In this document: piece by piece, positions 48,019-56,759 of the stretch
Layout of the letters: each line of letters opens with the position of its first letter
Numbering within the stretch: the stretch's first letter is position 1
DNA from: Escherichia phage A5-4
Sequence record: OP744025
Reading direction: 5' to 3' (one strand)
DNA length: 64,000 nt
The notes under the pieces: generated by a model
Told to the model about the DNA's origin: nothing
The model's database searches: none
The model's input: only the letters and a program-made list of their open reading frames with translations
Position numbers and translations under genes: made by a program

Positions 48019-49232
48019 TCCTTACCTCCTGCGATACGTAACATTTGGATAGTTTTCTCCAGTTCTTTACGAGGTTTGGCAACCAGGCGACGTTCATGTC
48101 GCTTAAGGAAACCCTCTAAAAACTCCAACGGTTTAAATGATAACACTTCCTGAACTGATTCGTCAACAGCATATTCTTTCTGGACCATACGATAAACCGG
48201 ATTCTTTACAGTTACCGGAGTATAACCCTTCGTGATCGCCATCTGAGTAACAACACGTTTCTTACCGTCGGTCCACGAATCGTCAATAGGGAAAGAATCT
48301 TTTCCGTATTTTTCAGCGAACAACTTAACTGCTGTCTTTGTCAGGTCGTCCTGATCTTCTTGTGACCGACTTTGACCCCAATAATAGCCACCAGAGGTCT
48401 TAGCACGACGTTCTGAGAACAAAGCAAGGTCATCGTACTGCTCAAGAGCTAAACGCGCCAGAAGTTCGATATCGTCGCTTTCTGACAGTAGTCGGTTTGC
48501 TTCGTACTTAACCTCAAAAGTATTTGCACTGTCACGATCACGGTCAAGAGTAAAAGCCTCTGGCTTAAAATCATAATCGAATTTAAAATTACCTGGAACA
48601 CGAGTAACGAACAGTCCATTTACAAACAGGTTGCAGTCGCCACCTGTGATAGAGCCATCCTCTTCTTCATTTTGGTATTCGTCCGCAGCATTGTATAGCT
48701 TAGTATAAGCTTTACCGCGGTCATTCTGAATAACGACTGTACGTTCAGTAGTTGGTGCATAGTTATCCATAATTTCCGACATAGCGTACTGAGGGATGTT
48801 TTCAATGATAACGGTCACAGTATTTGAATCACGACCCGATAAGGCGTTTTCATGGATATCCACCGCCAAAATGTTCTGTTCGTATGTGGTATCGTAAACC
48901 ATATTTGGAATCCAAAGATCATTACCATTTTCGATAACGATATCTGCGCCTTCACGAACAAGCACCAGAAGACCCACTTTCAGACCTTCACCAAACTTAC
49001 CGATCTTACTGTCATCATCACGTTTGGTTGAAACACCCATCAAAAGGCCGGAAACAGGAACAACACCGCCACGAGAGATGATTGTGATCTTACCTTGATT
49101 ACTATCATCATTCCCAAAATAAATATTGAAATCTTCTGTATCGATAGCATTTTGCATGAGTTCACGAGCACCTTGCCACCATGACCAGTGGCTGACGTAA
49201 TTTTCAGTGATGCTCAATTTAATCTGTTTCAT
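48015..49232 (-). CDS. GHKL-family ATPase (Bergerat fold)
   Basis: N-box ELMQNAIDTED and G-box IGKFGEGLKVG. Confidence 0.6.
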   Translation of the reverse strand: MKQIKLSITENYVSHWSWWQGARELMQNAIDTEDFNIYFGNDDSNQGKITIISRGGVVPVSGLLMGVSTKRDDDSKIGKFGEGLKVGLLVLVREGADIVIENGNDLWIPNMVYDTTYEQNILAVDIHENALSGRDSNTVTVIIENIPQYAMSEIMDNYAPTTERTVVIQNDRGKAYTKLYNAADEYQNEEEDGSITGGDCNLFVNGLFVTRVPGNFKFDYDFKPEAFTLDRDRDSANTFEVKYEANRLLSESDDIELLARLALEQYDDLALFSERRAKTSGGYYWGQSRSQEDQDDLTKTAVKLFAEKYGKDSFPIDDSWTDGKKRVVTQMAITKGYTPVTVKNPVYRMVQKEYAVDESVQEVLSFKPLEFLEGFLKRHERRLVAKPRKELEKTIQMLRIAGGKE

Positions 49233-49244
49233 TTATTTGTCCTC

Positions 49245-49961
49245 TTATTTGTTGTATTGATAAATTGCTTCAGCTAAGCCCCGTGGGGTTAGTGACCGGA
49301 TCATCTTAGTTCTTGCTGACTTACCTCCTAACTTATTCTGCTGATCTGACCAACCAGGTGCAACAGGAACCGGAGAGGTTTTTGGAATTATAAACCCATT
49401 TCCTGTCCAAAGTCCAGTCTTTTTCGGATAAGCATCCCTTGGTTTAATGTATTGAGGAAAATAAGGGTTAACATCATTTACCGGAAGGTAACCGCCATAT
49501 TCCCAAGGGTTAAAATATACAGTAGGTTTTCGCCATTGTCCAGCTAAAACACTTACTGGGTTTTCAATCATATACGGACAATCGAAAACAAATTCAGCAA
49601 GCCAAGCTGCAATCTTCGCAGTTCTTACCGCCTTGACCTGGAAGAAAGGATCTTTTGCTTTCTTCGATGCAAAGTGACGAGAACCACTAACAGCCATATC
49701 GGTACATGGAGGATAGGCAAGGATCAGGTCCGGCGCAGGCAATCCTAAGTTCTCTACATTCTCCATCCATTCAATATCGATAAAGGCGTTAACGTAAGTG
49801 ATGTTGGGATGAATTTCCTTTACGCCTTCATAATCCCCGTGATCAGCATCGTCATAGTTGAAGCAGTAGCATTTGTGCCCTGCCTTCGCCCAGGGAAGAA
49901 CATCAATCCCTGAACCAGAAAAGAGACTCCAGATAATCTTTTTATTCATCGTAGCATCCAA
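49245..49961 (-). CDS. Minimal C5 cytosine methyltransferase-like protein
   Basis: Motif I LFSGSGI, motif IV YPPC, motif VI IENPV in canonical order and spacing; only 238 aa. Confidence 0.5.
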   Translation of the reverse strand: MDATMNKKIIWSLFSGSGIDVLPWAKAGHKCYCFNYDDADHGDYEGVKEIHPNITYVNAFIDIEWMENVENLGLPAPDLILAYPPCTDMAVSGSRHFASKKAKDPFFQVKAVRTAKIAAWLAEFVFDCPYMIENPVSVLAGQWRKPTVYFNPWEYGGYLPVNDVNPYFPQYIKPRDAYPKKTGLWTGNGFIIPKTSPVPVAPGWSDQQNKLGGKSARTKMIRSLTPRGLAEAIYQYNK

Positions 49962-50254
49962 ATAGTGGTTAATTTACAAATACACCAGAAAATCCCGATC
50001 AGTGTAGCCAGAGTAATAACACAAGTCAATACTATAGGTAAGAATATCGTCATAATCACTGCAAAGACTGAAATACCTATGCTTGCAATAAGATCCGGCA
50101 CGAAATAGTGAAATGGATCTCTTGCCTTTTTAATGTTGTCCCATGTTATTACTACGGAGCTAAGGACGAGCCAGAATAAAAAGTACAAAATGCAAGGAAA
50201 TAAAGTCATGTGTGACTTAACCATATCAAACCACATGTTGTAGAATTCAATCAT
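49946..50254 (-). CDS. Membrane protein
   Basis: 102 aa, three hydrophobic helices. Confidence 0.55.
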   Translation of the reverse strand: MIEFYNMWFDMVKSHMTLFPCILYFLFWLVLSSVVITWDNIKKARDPFHYFVPDLIASIGISVFAVIMTIFLPIVLTCVITLATLIGIFWCICKLTTIWMLR

Positions 50255-50574
50255 TCAGTTTTCCTCGGTACAGATGCAATAACAGCCTTTTCGACGAGAC
50301 ATACAATAAATCTCCCAATCCCTGCCAAAAGGAGAGCAAAGACTGTAAAAGGCAACCCATAAATAAGAACCAAAATCATCAATCCAAAACAAGCGGAAAA
50401 CAGGACTTCTGTGCCTAGCCACATTTTGGAGTAATTGATATAATTATGCCGCAATTTTAAAAACAGTCCAGCAATAGAGCCTACAGAAAATATACCAATC
50501 AACCAAGGTGCAGTTACAAATGAACGACTGAACCCTTCCCAAAAAACAAAAACATTAATGATTGCTTCGATCAT
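50251..50574 (-). CDS. Membrane protein
   Basis: 107 aa, about three hydrophobic helices. Confidence 0.55.
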   Translation of the reverse strand: MIEAIINVFVFWEGFSRSFVTAPWLIGIFSVGSIAGLFLKLRHNYINYSKMWLGTEVLFSACFGLMILVLIYGLPFTVFALLLAGIGRFIVCLVEKAVIASVPRKTE

Positions 50575-50825
50575 AAACCATACCTCGCTTCATATAAGAA
50601 TTCATCAAGATCTTTACTGTCGTCGGAACCTTCTACTGTCAACGGCATCAGGTGTTCTTTGAAATAATAGCAAAGATTGCCGGAACTCGTTTCCACTAAA
50701 CATGTGGTTTTGCAAACCATCTTAACTTTCACCGATAGTCCCGCATCTTCATGGCTGTGGACCATTGCAAGACAACCATCATAAAGCTTATCCTCGTAAG
50801 GTAAGCAAGGATCTGGATTTTTCAT
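50571..50825 (-). CDS. Hypothetical Cys-rich small protein
   Basis: 84-aa ORF. Confidence 0.55.
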   Translation of the reverse strand: MKNPDPCLPYEDKLYDGCLAMVHSHEDAGLSVKVKMVCKTTCLVETSSGNLCYYFKEHLMPLTVEGSDDSKDLDEFLYEARYGL

Positions 50826-51118
50826 CGTGAACTTTCCTCCTCCGCATGTTTACGCACCCATTCTACACGGGACGCGTTCAGGTGTTTGTTATCGTCGTAG
50901 TGATACGCTTTCCAACCTTCGTCGAAAGGGAACTCCCAGTTCAGTCCGGCATCGGTAAACTGTTGCTGCATCTCTTTGAGTAACTTATAGTCACACTCTG
51001 AAAACTCTTCCAGTGCGTTACACAGACCGCAGGTCCGATCAAACGTCTCGGAGTGTGGTGCACCAGCGTCAAGCCACTCAGCATAGGCTTTATAGAATGC
51101 TTTAAGTTGCTCGCTCAT
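50822..51118 (-). CDS. Hypothetical protein, paralog of 40320..40646
   Basis: Shared FYxxYxxWLDxGAP...GLC...DAGLN motif pattern. Confidence 0.6.
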   Translation of the reverse strand: MSEQLKAFYKAYAEWLDAGAPHSETFDRTCGLCNALEEFSECDYKLLKEMQQQFTDAGLNWEFPFDEGWKAYHYDDNKHLNASRVEWVRKHAEEESSR

Positions 51119-51514
51119 TTATTTATCCTCTGCATATGCAATCTTAGTCATGTAGTCAATACAATCATATTGAACATTGTGGCTATTAAAAACAGCCTTG
51201 TCTTTGTAAATAACTTGCCAATAATCAATGCTTTCAATTTCGGAAAGGTATGCAACACACTCCCCTTTTGGATTAATAAGTTCAACTCGATCAGTTTCTC
51301 GTAATTTCCAACCAGTAGGTAACTGAACAGCTTGTTCCTTAAAAATCACAATATCGTCACGGTGACCAGTTGCCCTTTTAAATGCCCGCAGTAATTCTTT
51401 GTATTCACGATATTTCACATAAAGGCCGTCCTCTGATTTTTCCATACGGGCTTCATTGATATTGCAATTACCATCCATATCTCCAACCAGGTCGTAACGA
51501 TATACAGGTTTCAT
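51119..51514 (-). CDS. Hypothetical protein
   Basis: 131-aa ORF. Confidence 0.55.
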   Translation of the reverse strand: MKPVYRYDLVGDMDGNCNINEARMEKSEDGLYVKYREYKELLRAFKRATGHRDDIVIFKEQAVQLPTGWKLRETDRVELINPKGECVAYLSEIESIDYWQVIYKDKAVFNSHNVQYDCIDYMTKIAYAEDK

Positions 51515-51723
51515 TTTTTAACTTTCTCCTTTTTCTCAGGTTTTACATCGCAAACTTTTTGTTGATAACTGATCGGTGTTACATAGCGCCACGTCTTTTT
51601 AAGGTTCTCAACGAGGATTCGCATTTGTTCCTCATCAGCACCCCAGCCTGCGGTATGTGCTATTTCATCAACACTCATCTGGCATTTAACGTACCATCTT
51701 GTAATTGTCTTCGATTGTATCAT
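51511..51723 (-). CDS. Hypothetical small protein
   Basis: 70-aa ORF. Confidence 0.5.
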   Translation of the reverse strand: MIQSKTITRWYVKCQMSVDEIAHTAGWGADEEQMRILVENLKKTWRYVTPISYQQKVCDVKPEKKEKVKK

Positions 51724-51750
51724 TATCGTTTCCTTGAGGTCAAGAGATTT

Positions 51751-52047
51751 TTATTTAATACCTAATTCTTTTGCACTGTAAATATCATTACCTTCATAGC
51801 CTTTGTAGTAGATCAGGATATCTTTGACAATCTCTCCCGTCGGTCCGCTCCGGCGAGTACGTGGTCGCTGTGCATTGACCAAATAAACTTCACCACGAGT
51901 ATTTATTTTTGTTGTACGATGGCCTTCGACAAAGGTCAAAGTTGTATATGCAGGAACCTTAACAAGAACTTCTACCTGGTCACCAGCAGTATTCTGTTGT
52001 TCATTTGCCATATCATCTTTAACAACAGTAGTCATAAGTTTGGTCAT
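51751..52047 (-). CDS. Hypothetical protein
   Basis: 98-aa ORF. Confidence 0.55.
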   Translation of the reverse strand: MTKLMTTVVKDDMANEQQNTAGDQVEVLVKVPAYTTLTFVEGHRTTKINTRGEVYLVNAQRPRTRRSGPTGEIVKDILIYYKGYEGNDIYSAKELGIK

Positions 52048-52049
52048 TT

Positions 52050-52313
52050 TTATTCTCCTTTGTTCAGTGTGGATACGAATTCGATATAAGATTCTGCATT
52101 TCGTTTATGATAAATCTTAGGGTAACTTTCGGTTACTTTGCTGTATTTGATGTATCGCTCAAACATACCGACGACACCACCAATGGAATGCACAACAACG
52201 CCCTCTTCACCAACAAAGGTAACAACCTCTACGAATGGAGTATTATCGTAAGAGCGATTTACAATCAGGTCGCCAACTTCAAATTCGATTTTATCATTTT
52301 GTGAGTAGTACAT
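52050..52313 (-). CDS. Hypothetical protein
   Basis: ATG at 52313 after AAGGAG RBS preferred over track start 52373. Confidence 0.55.
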   Translation of the reverse strand: MYYSQNDKIEFEVGDLIVNRSYDNTPFVEVVTFVGEEGVVVHSIGGVVGMFERYIKYSKVTESYPKIYHKRNAESYIEFVSTLNKGE

Positions 52314-52409
52314 TTGTTTTCTCCTTTCTGTTTGGTATGGGAGAAGTATAGGGAAGTTTGATGAGGGTGTCAATAGAAAAAACCGCCCGAAGGCGGTTTA
52401 TTTTTAGGA

Positions 52410-53519
52410 TCAGAAAGGTGCGTCGTCGTCCCAATCATCCGGCTCTGTGTCCGGCACATCAGGAATATCACCTGTGGATTCAACGATACTTTGTTGTTCC
52501 CACGTAGGTTCTTCTGAAGGTTGTTCCATTTCTTCCATAACCTTCTTGATCTCTTCCTCTTGCTCACGCAGGAAGTTATCATCCGGCTCAGGAATATCTT
52601 CCTCTTTAATATCTGAACGAGTGAGATCACTGTTTTGTTCAGACAGAGGTTGAATCTCTGCTGCTTTAGGCTTAAAGTCTGGAGAACGATGATCATCTTC
52701 TGGATGAGCGGCATACCACTCACGAAGAGTTTCATAAGGACTCTCTAAGAAGCCCTCTGGCGGTTCCAGATAATCACCCGTGTCAATGTCATAGAACACA
52801 GGGAATTTACCAGCACGACCGTGTTTACGGTCATCCAGAATAACAAAGTAAGAAGTGTTACGTTGTTTCATCGGGAGTTCTGGATCTTTGTTACGTTCAA
52901 TACCCCACATGTAATAAGTGTTACGCATCATTGCACGGCTACCAGCAAACTGCGCTGACTGGACTTGACCACCAAATTCATGAGGCTTACCAGATTCAGG
53001 CTTGTTAAGGTGACAGAAGCAATAATAGGTAAAGCCAAGCTCTTTTGCCAGTTTGGAGATCTCATCAGAGAATCGTTCCAGTTCCTGGTTAGCTTCGGAA
53101 GCACTCATACCTTGCACAAGACGAGTGATTGGGTCAATAAAGATATCTTCACAACCTTCTACGATCACTGCGTGACGGATAGCACCTTTCAGTTCATCCC
53201 ATACTGCACGACCATAGTTGTTATAATAGATAACACTATCACCAACTTCATCAGTAGCCTTGATCAGTTCTTCTTGCTTAAAGTAGCCACGTTGACCTTC
53301 AAATACTTCATTACCCCAAATGTCACGGAAAGTTCCATCTTCTTGAGGAATCATTACCTTTTCTGCGTTAACAAAGTCTTTATGATAACGCTTACCTGCG
53401 ATCTTTTTACAGGTAATTTCGTTCTCTTCTTCAAACTTAAACACCGCAGCCTTTGACTTCTCAATACCTGTAATGTGTTCTACCATCTGGTTAAGAAGTT
53501 CAGACTTACCCATTTTCAC
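52410..53519 (-). CDS. Primase-helicase (T7 gp4-like) 3' exon, helicase core
   Basis: Begins within Walker A (V)KMGKSELL; CFCHLNKPESGKPHEFGGQ matches T7 ICHLKNPDKGKAHEEGRP; acidic tail ...DDWDDDAPF. Confidence 0.75.
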   Translation of the reverse strand: MKMGKSELLNQMVEHITGIEKSKAAVFKFEEENEITCKKIAGKRYHKDFVNAEKVMIPQEDGTFRDIWGNEVFEGQRGYFKQEELIKATDEVGDSVIYYNNYGRAVWDELKGAIRHAVIVEGCEDIFIDPITRLVQGMSASEANQELERFSDEISKLAKELGFTYYCFCHLNKPESGKPHEFGGQVQSAQFAGSRAMMRNTYYMWGIERNKDPELPMKQRNTSYFVILDDRKHGRAGKFPVFYDIDTGDYLEPPEGFLESPYETLREWYAAHPEDDHRSPDFKPKAAEIQPLSEQNSDLTRSDIKEEDIPEPDDNFLREQEEEIKKVMEEMEQPSEEPTWEQQSIVESTGDIPDVPDTEPDDWDDDAPF

Positions 53520-54268
53520 CGTTATGTTCGACAGGGTTCGCTACTCCCTGCCCGTTCTCTTACGAACTGCTACATGTCCCCATGCAGACCAGACTATATC
53601 TTCAACCTGTTTCCAGGTGCTATGCACTTCGGACCGCTTGGCCCTACTCTACTCGATTCAAGAGTCTAGCTCTTGTCTTTCGATAGTCGTTGCTCCTTCC
53701 TCTCAACCGCTTTGTAATTTGTCTTACGGTATCTCTGTGTATCCCAAAATGCTCTGCAATTTCTTTTTGTTGAAGCGTGGTATTAATAACCATTTCGTAA
53801 ACCTGCTTCTCAAAATCATCAGCATATCTATTTGGATTTCTTCTACCGTTGGCCCAACCATGATCGACATTTTCTTTCGTGGTTGTCCATTCCAAATTAA
53901 CATCGTTGTTGTTTTGCCTGTCGCTATCTTTATGATTAACAACAGGAAGGTTATGAGGGTTATCAACGTAGTGTTCAGCCACCAATTGGTGAATAAATCT
54001 ACGTGTAACCTTACCATCTTTACTTAACGAAACTCTAAGATACCCTGAACTATTGGTATCCGGTTTGAGTTTTTTAAGCTTCCGGTAAACATCTCCCCTT
54101 CGGGTAATGATGTAATTTTCAAAACCTTTTATTCTTTTCATTTCCCCCCCTTGCAATAAACAAAGAGGTTGAGAGGCTTGGATCAGGATTACGTGTTCTA
54201 CGCTTCCCCTGAGTTCACATAGTATTTAGTCGAGGCATCTCTGCCAAGGCTGGCTAGACTTAATGTTT
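53520..54268 (-). mobile_element. Group I intron in primase-helicase gene
   Basis: Intervening block splits the P-loop; S element GATATAGTCT and P8-like hairpin CACCTG-GAAA-CAGGT downstream of HNH ORF; splice as GAG|VKMGKS fits U-before/G-last rule. Confidence 0.65.
53644..54156 (-). CDS. Intron-encoded HNH endonuclease
   Basis: GYLRVSL plus LVAEHYVDNP...VNHKDSDRQNN...NLEWTT; paralog of 43582..44100. Confidence 0.75.
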   Translation of the reverse strand: MQGGEMKRIKGFENYIITRRGDVYRKLKKLKPDTNSSGYLRVSLSKDGKVTRRFIHQLVAEHYVDNPHNLPVVNHKDSDRQNNNDVNLEWTTTKENVDHGWANGRRNPNRYADDFEKQVYEMVINTTLQQKEIAEHFGIHRDTVRQITKRLRGRSNDYRKTRARLLNRVE

Positions 54269-55204
54269 ACCAGCACCGATGAAGTAACCTTCACCTGGAC
54301 GACGACCCAAGGTAAGCTTGGTCATGGTGGGCCAAGGGAACTTCTTGCCGAGTTTAGGGATCTCATGTGCCTTTTCGCGGAACTGTGAATAAGTCGAGAA
54401 ACCATCCGGCACATATTCCTTTGGCTTCATTGCAGCCCAAAACAACTGATCAGAAAGTCCTTTGTTATACATGTCGCAAGGGTCCATATCTTCTGGAATG
54501 TCCACGACCTTCATTTGTGGAATTACAGAGTATACCGCTGCAACTGCATCTTTACCTTTCATGATCCCTTTGGCCTTCTCTGCTTCTGTCGCACGGTCAG
54601 CATCGAAAGCTACGATAATCTCTTCAAACTTACTCAGAAGCTTATAGTTATTCTTCTGTGATAAGTTTTGCACGGCATTGGATGTACCGTTAGAGATAGA
54701 TACAACTGTGAAGTTTGGTTTACGAGTGGAACCATCCTTCGGTTTGTACTTCTCTGTCAATACCTGCCACAAGATTGCAGCATCATATTCACCTTCAGTG
54801 ATAAAGATCATACGTTTGGAAGACTTATTTGCACCTTCCAGCCCAAACATATCACAAGCCACAGATTGGAAACCAATAGTTGTAAAGTGACCTTTCTGTT
54901 GCTTAGGGATCGTAAGATCACGCTTCTTAAAACCTACAACCTTACCTTCTAATGTATACGGGAAATAATGTGCTTCTGGTGTCATACCGTCTTTAGCTGA
55001 CAGTTTGGTACGAATACCAAATCGTTTAGCTGTCTTTTCGTCGATACCGCGCTCAGGGATACTTTTGCACGGGTAAGTCAATACGTCTTCAACTGTTTCT
55101 TCTACACGAGACACACCACCACCATAATTACGTGCTACTGAAGCTTTAGGATTTTTATGTCCAAACTTATAACCGCCAAACAAACTTTCGCCAATAGTGC
55201 TCAT
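54269..55204 (-). CDS. Primase-helicase (T7 gp4-like) 5' exon, TOPRIM primase part
   Basis: TOPRIM IFITEGEYDAAIL and VAFDAD; ends ...GEGYFIGAG at start of Walker A; no zinc-ribbon Cys motifs. Confidence 0.7.
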
Positions 55205-55362
55205 TACTGCTCCTTGATCATCGTCGCCAAATAAATAGTGTTACCGTTTGAATTAATACCTGCTGTTACAGGACCCATCAATTTATAACCATAATCGTAA
55301 TGCTTCAGTATATATTTCTGAAGAGACAATAGATTTGTATACGATAGGATCTTAATGTCCAT
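55204..55362 (-). CDS. Small protein (52 aa; absent from track)
   Basis: ATG overlaps upstream stop (TGATG); stop overlaps primase ATG (TAATG). Confidence 0.45.
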   Translation of the reverse strand: MDIKILSYTNLLSLQKYILKHYDYGYKLMGPVTAGINSNGNTIYLATMIKEQ

Positions 55363-55670
55363 CAAAAACCTCCAGTTTCTTCATCAAATGCCTGACTTAC
55401 TTGTGCATCACGGATACGTTCTTCAATACAACGATACACTACTTCATACGGGATATCAAGAGCAATTTCTTCACCATCTTCATAAACAGTGATTGAAAAA
55501 ATATCTAAGTAATCTTCGGCATCCCAATCTGACTCTGCATCTGGAATACCTTTGTACATAACAACCTCTACTTCAACAACCACCTCTTTACCGATCGCCT
55601 TATGAAAATGTGTGAATTCGAAGTTTACTGTACGCATTTTATTTTCTCCTGATAATTTATATTTATTCAA
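55362..55670 (-). CDS. Hypothetical acidic protein
   Basis: 102-aa ORF. Confidence 0.55.
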   Translation of the reverse strand: MNKYKLSGENKMRTVNFEFTHFHKAIGKEVVVEVEVVMYKGIPDAESDWDAEDYLDIFSITVYEDGEEIALDIPYEVVYRCIEERIRDAQVSQAFDEETGGF

Positions 55671-55673
55671 TTC

Positions 55674-55865
55674 TTACTTTTTGGAAATGATATGTTCTTC
55701 ACGAACTTGAAGCTTAGTACCATCTGTCATTTCGACAAGATAAGCATTGCAAAGAATGTATTCTTGTAGCAACAAGACCTTACCATCACCTTTCTTACCG
55801 TACTTTTCGTCAACTTGGTCGAAACTTACTTCATCGTTGATTGCATATTTAAACACATTACTCAT
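55674..55865 (-). CDS. Hypothetical small protein
   Basis: 63-aa ORF. Confidence 0.5.
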   Translation of the reverse strand: MSNVFKYAINDEVSFDQVDEKYGKKGDGKVLLLQEYILCNAYLVEMTDGTKLQVREEHIISKK

Positions 55866-56239
55866 GCGTATTCAACCTCACTGATCATTTCAAAACCATC
55901 ATTTTGGATTAACGTTTTAACAAAGCCAATATTACCATCTTCTATGTTTCTGTGCAACCACATATACCCTTCAGCACAGTAAACATTAACACCGTAGCCT
56001 AGTTTAGCTGCTCGTTCAAAATCACCACTTTCTTTCTTAACCAAACAACGAACCATCTTTTTCATCAGTCTTTCCCCCTTATGATCAGGAACAACGTACT
56101 TATTGATTGCCTTAACAAGATGTTCCCGTAATTGTTGTGTATGACCATACTTTGAAACAGTTTCCATAATCTCACCAATGCACTTATTGAACAGGTGGGG
56201 TGGAATTTTTAACTTTCCGAATTGATCCATATCAACCAC
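55862..56239 (-). CDS. Hypothetical protein
   Basis: 125-aa ORF. Confidence 0.55.
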   Translation of the reverse strand: MVDMDQFGKLKIPPHLFNKCIGEIMETVSKYGHTQQLREHLVKAINKYVVPDHKGERLMKKMVRCLVKKESGDFERAAKLGYGVNVYCAEGYMWLHRNIEDGNIGFVKTLIQNDGFEMISEVEYA

Positions 56240-56449
56240 CTAAGTTAGTGAAATCTCTATTGTAACTTTAGCTTTACCTGCCACCATTGCAGTTCCAGAT
56301 TGTAACGCAAGCTCGATAGTTTCAAAATTTACAGATGGACTTTGCAACAATATACCATCAACAGCACGGAAAACCTCAGGCTTTTGACTATCCCGATTGA
56401 TAAAATATAATTCTCGGCTCTCCATAAACTTCACAATGTCAAACATCAT
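56240..56449 (-). CDS. Hypothetical small protein
   Basis: 69-aa ORF. Confidence 0.5.
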   Translation of the reverse strand: MMFDIVKFMESRELYFINRDSQKPEVFRAVDGILLQSPSVNFETIELALQSGTAMVAGKAKVTIEISLT

Positions 56450-56452
56450 CGC

Positions 56453-56677
56453 TTACTCCTCAATAATTTCAAGTTTACCGTTAATAGTATACAGAGTTGT
56501 CGCCTTCTCTTCAACAACTTTTAACGCGTTAATGACAGAATCATAAAACTCTTCAGATTCCTTAACTTCTTGTTTGCACTTCTTGATATGGTCGGCACTA
56601 ATATCCCGAAGACTCAACAGTTGTGCACGATTAAGTACAGACAAGTCTACAGAAAAATCATCAACTTTAAAACTCAT
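56453..56677 (-). CDS. Hypothetical small acidic protein
   Basis: 74-aa ORF. Confidence 0.5.
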   Translation of the reverse strand: MSFKVDDFSVDLSVLNRAQLLSLRDISADHIKKCKQEVKESEEFYDSVINALKVVEEKATTLYTINGKLEIIEE

Positions 56678-56724
56678 ATTTAATCTCCTTGTTTGTGTTC
56701 AGTTACTTTATCACTTTGAGAGAA

Positions 56725-56753
56725 AGATGCAACAAGATTATTGCATCTTTTTT
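56725..56753 (-). terminator. Putative terminator after helicase gene
   Basis: AGATGCAA...TTGCATCT hairpin; T-run on plus side, weaker on minus. Confidence 0.4.
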
Positions 56754-56759
56754 AATTAT

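Noticed and set aside
53473-54027. 184-aa plus-strand ORF overlapping the helicase intron and HNH gene
   Set aside because: Antisense to the HNH endonuclease ORF and intron core; low-complexity translation.
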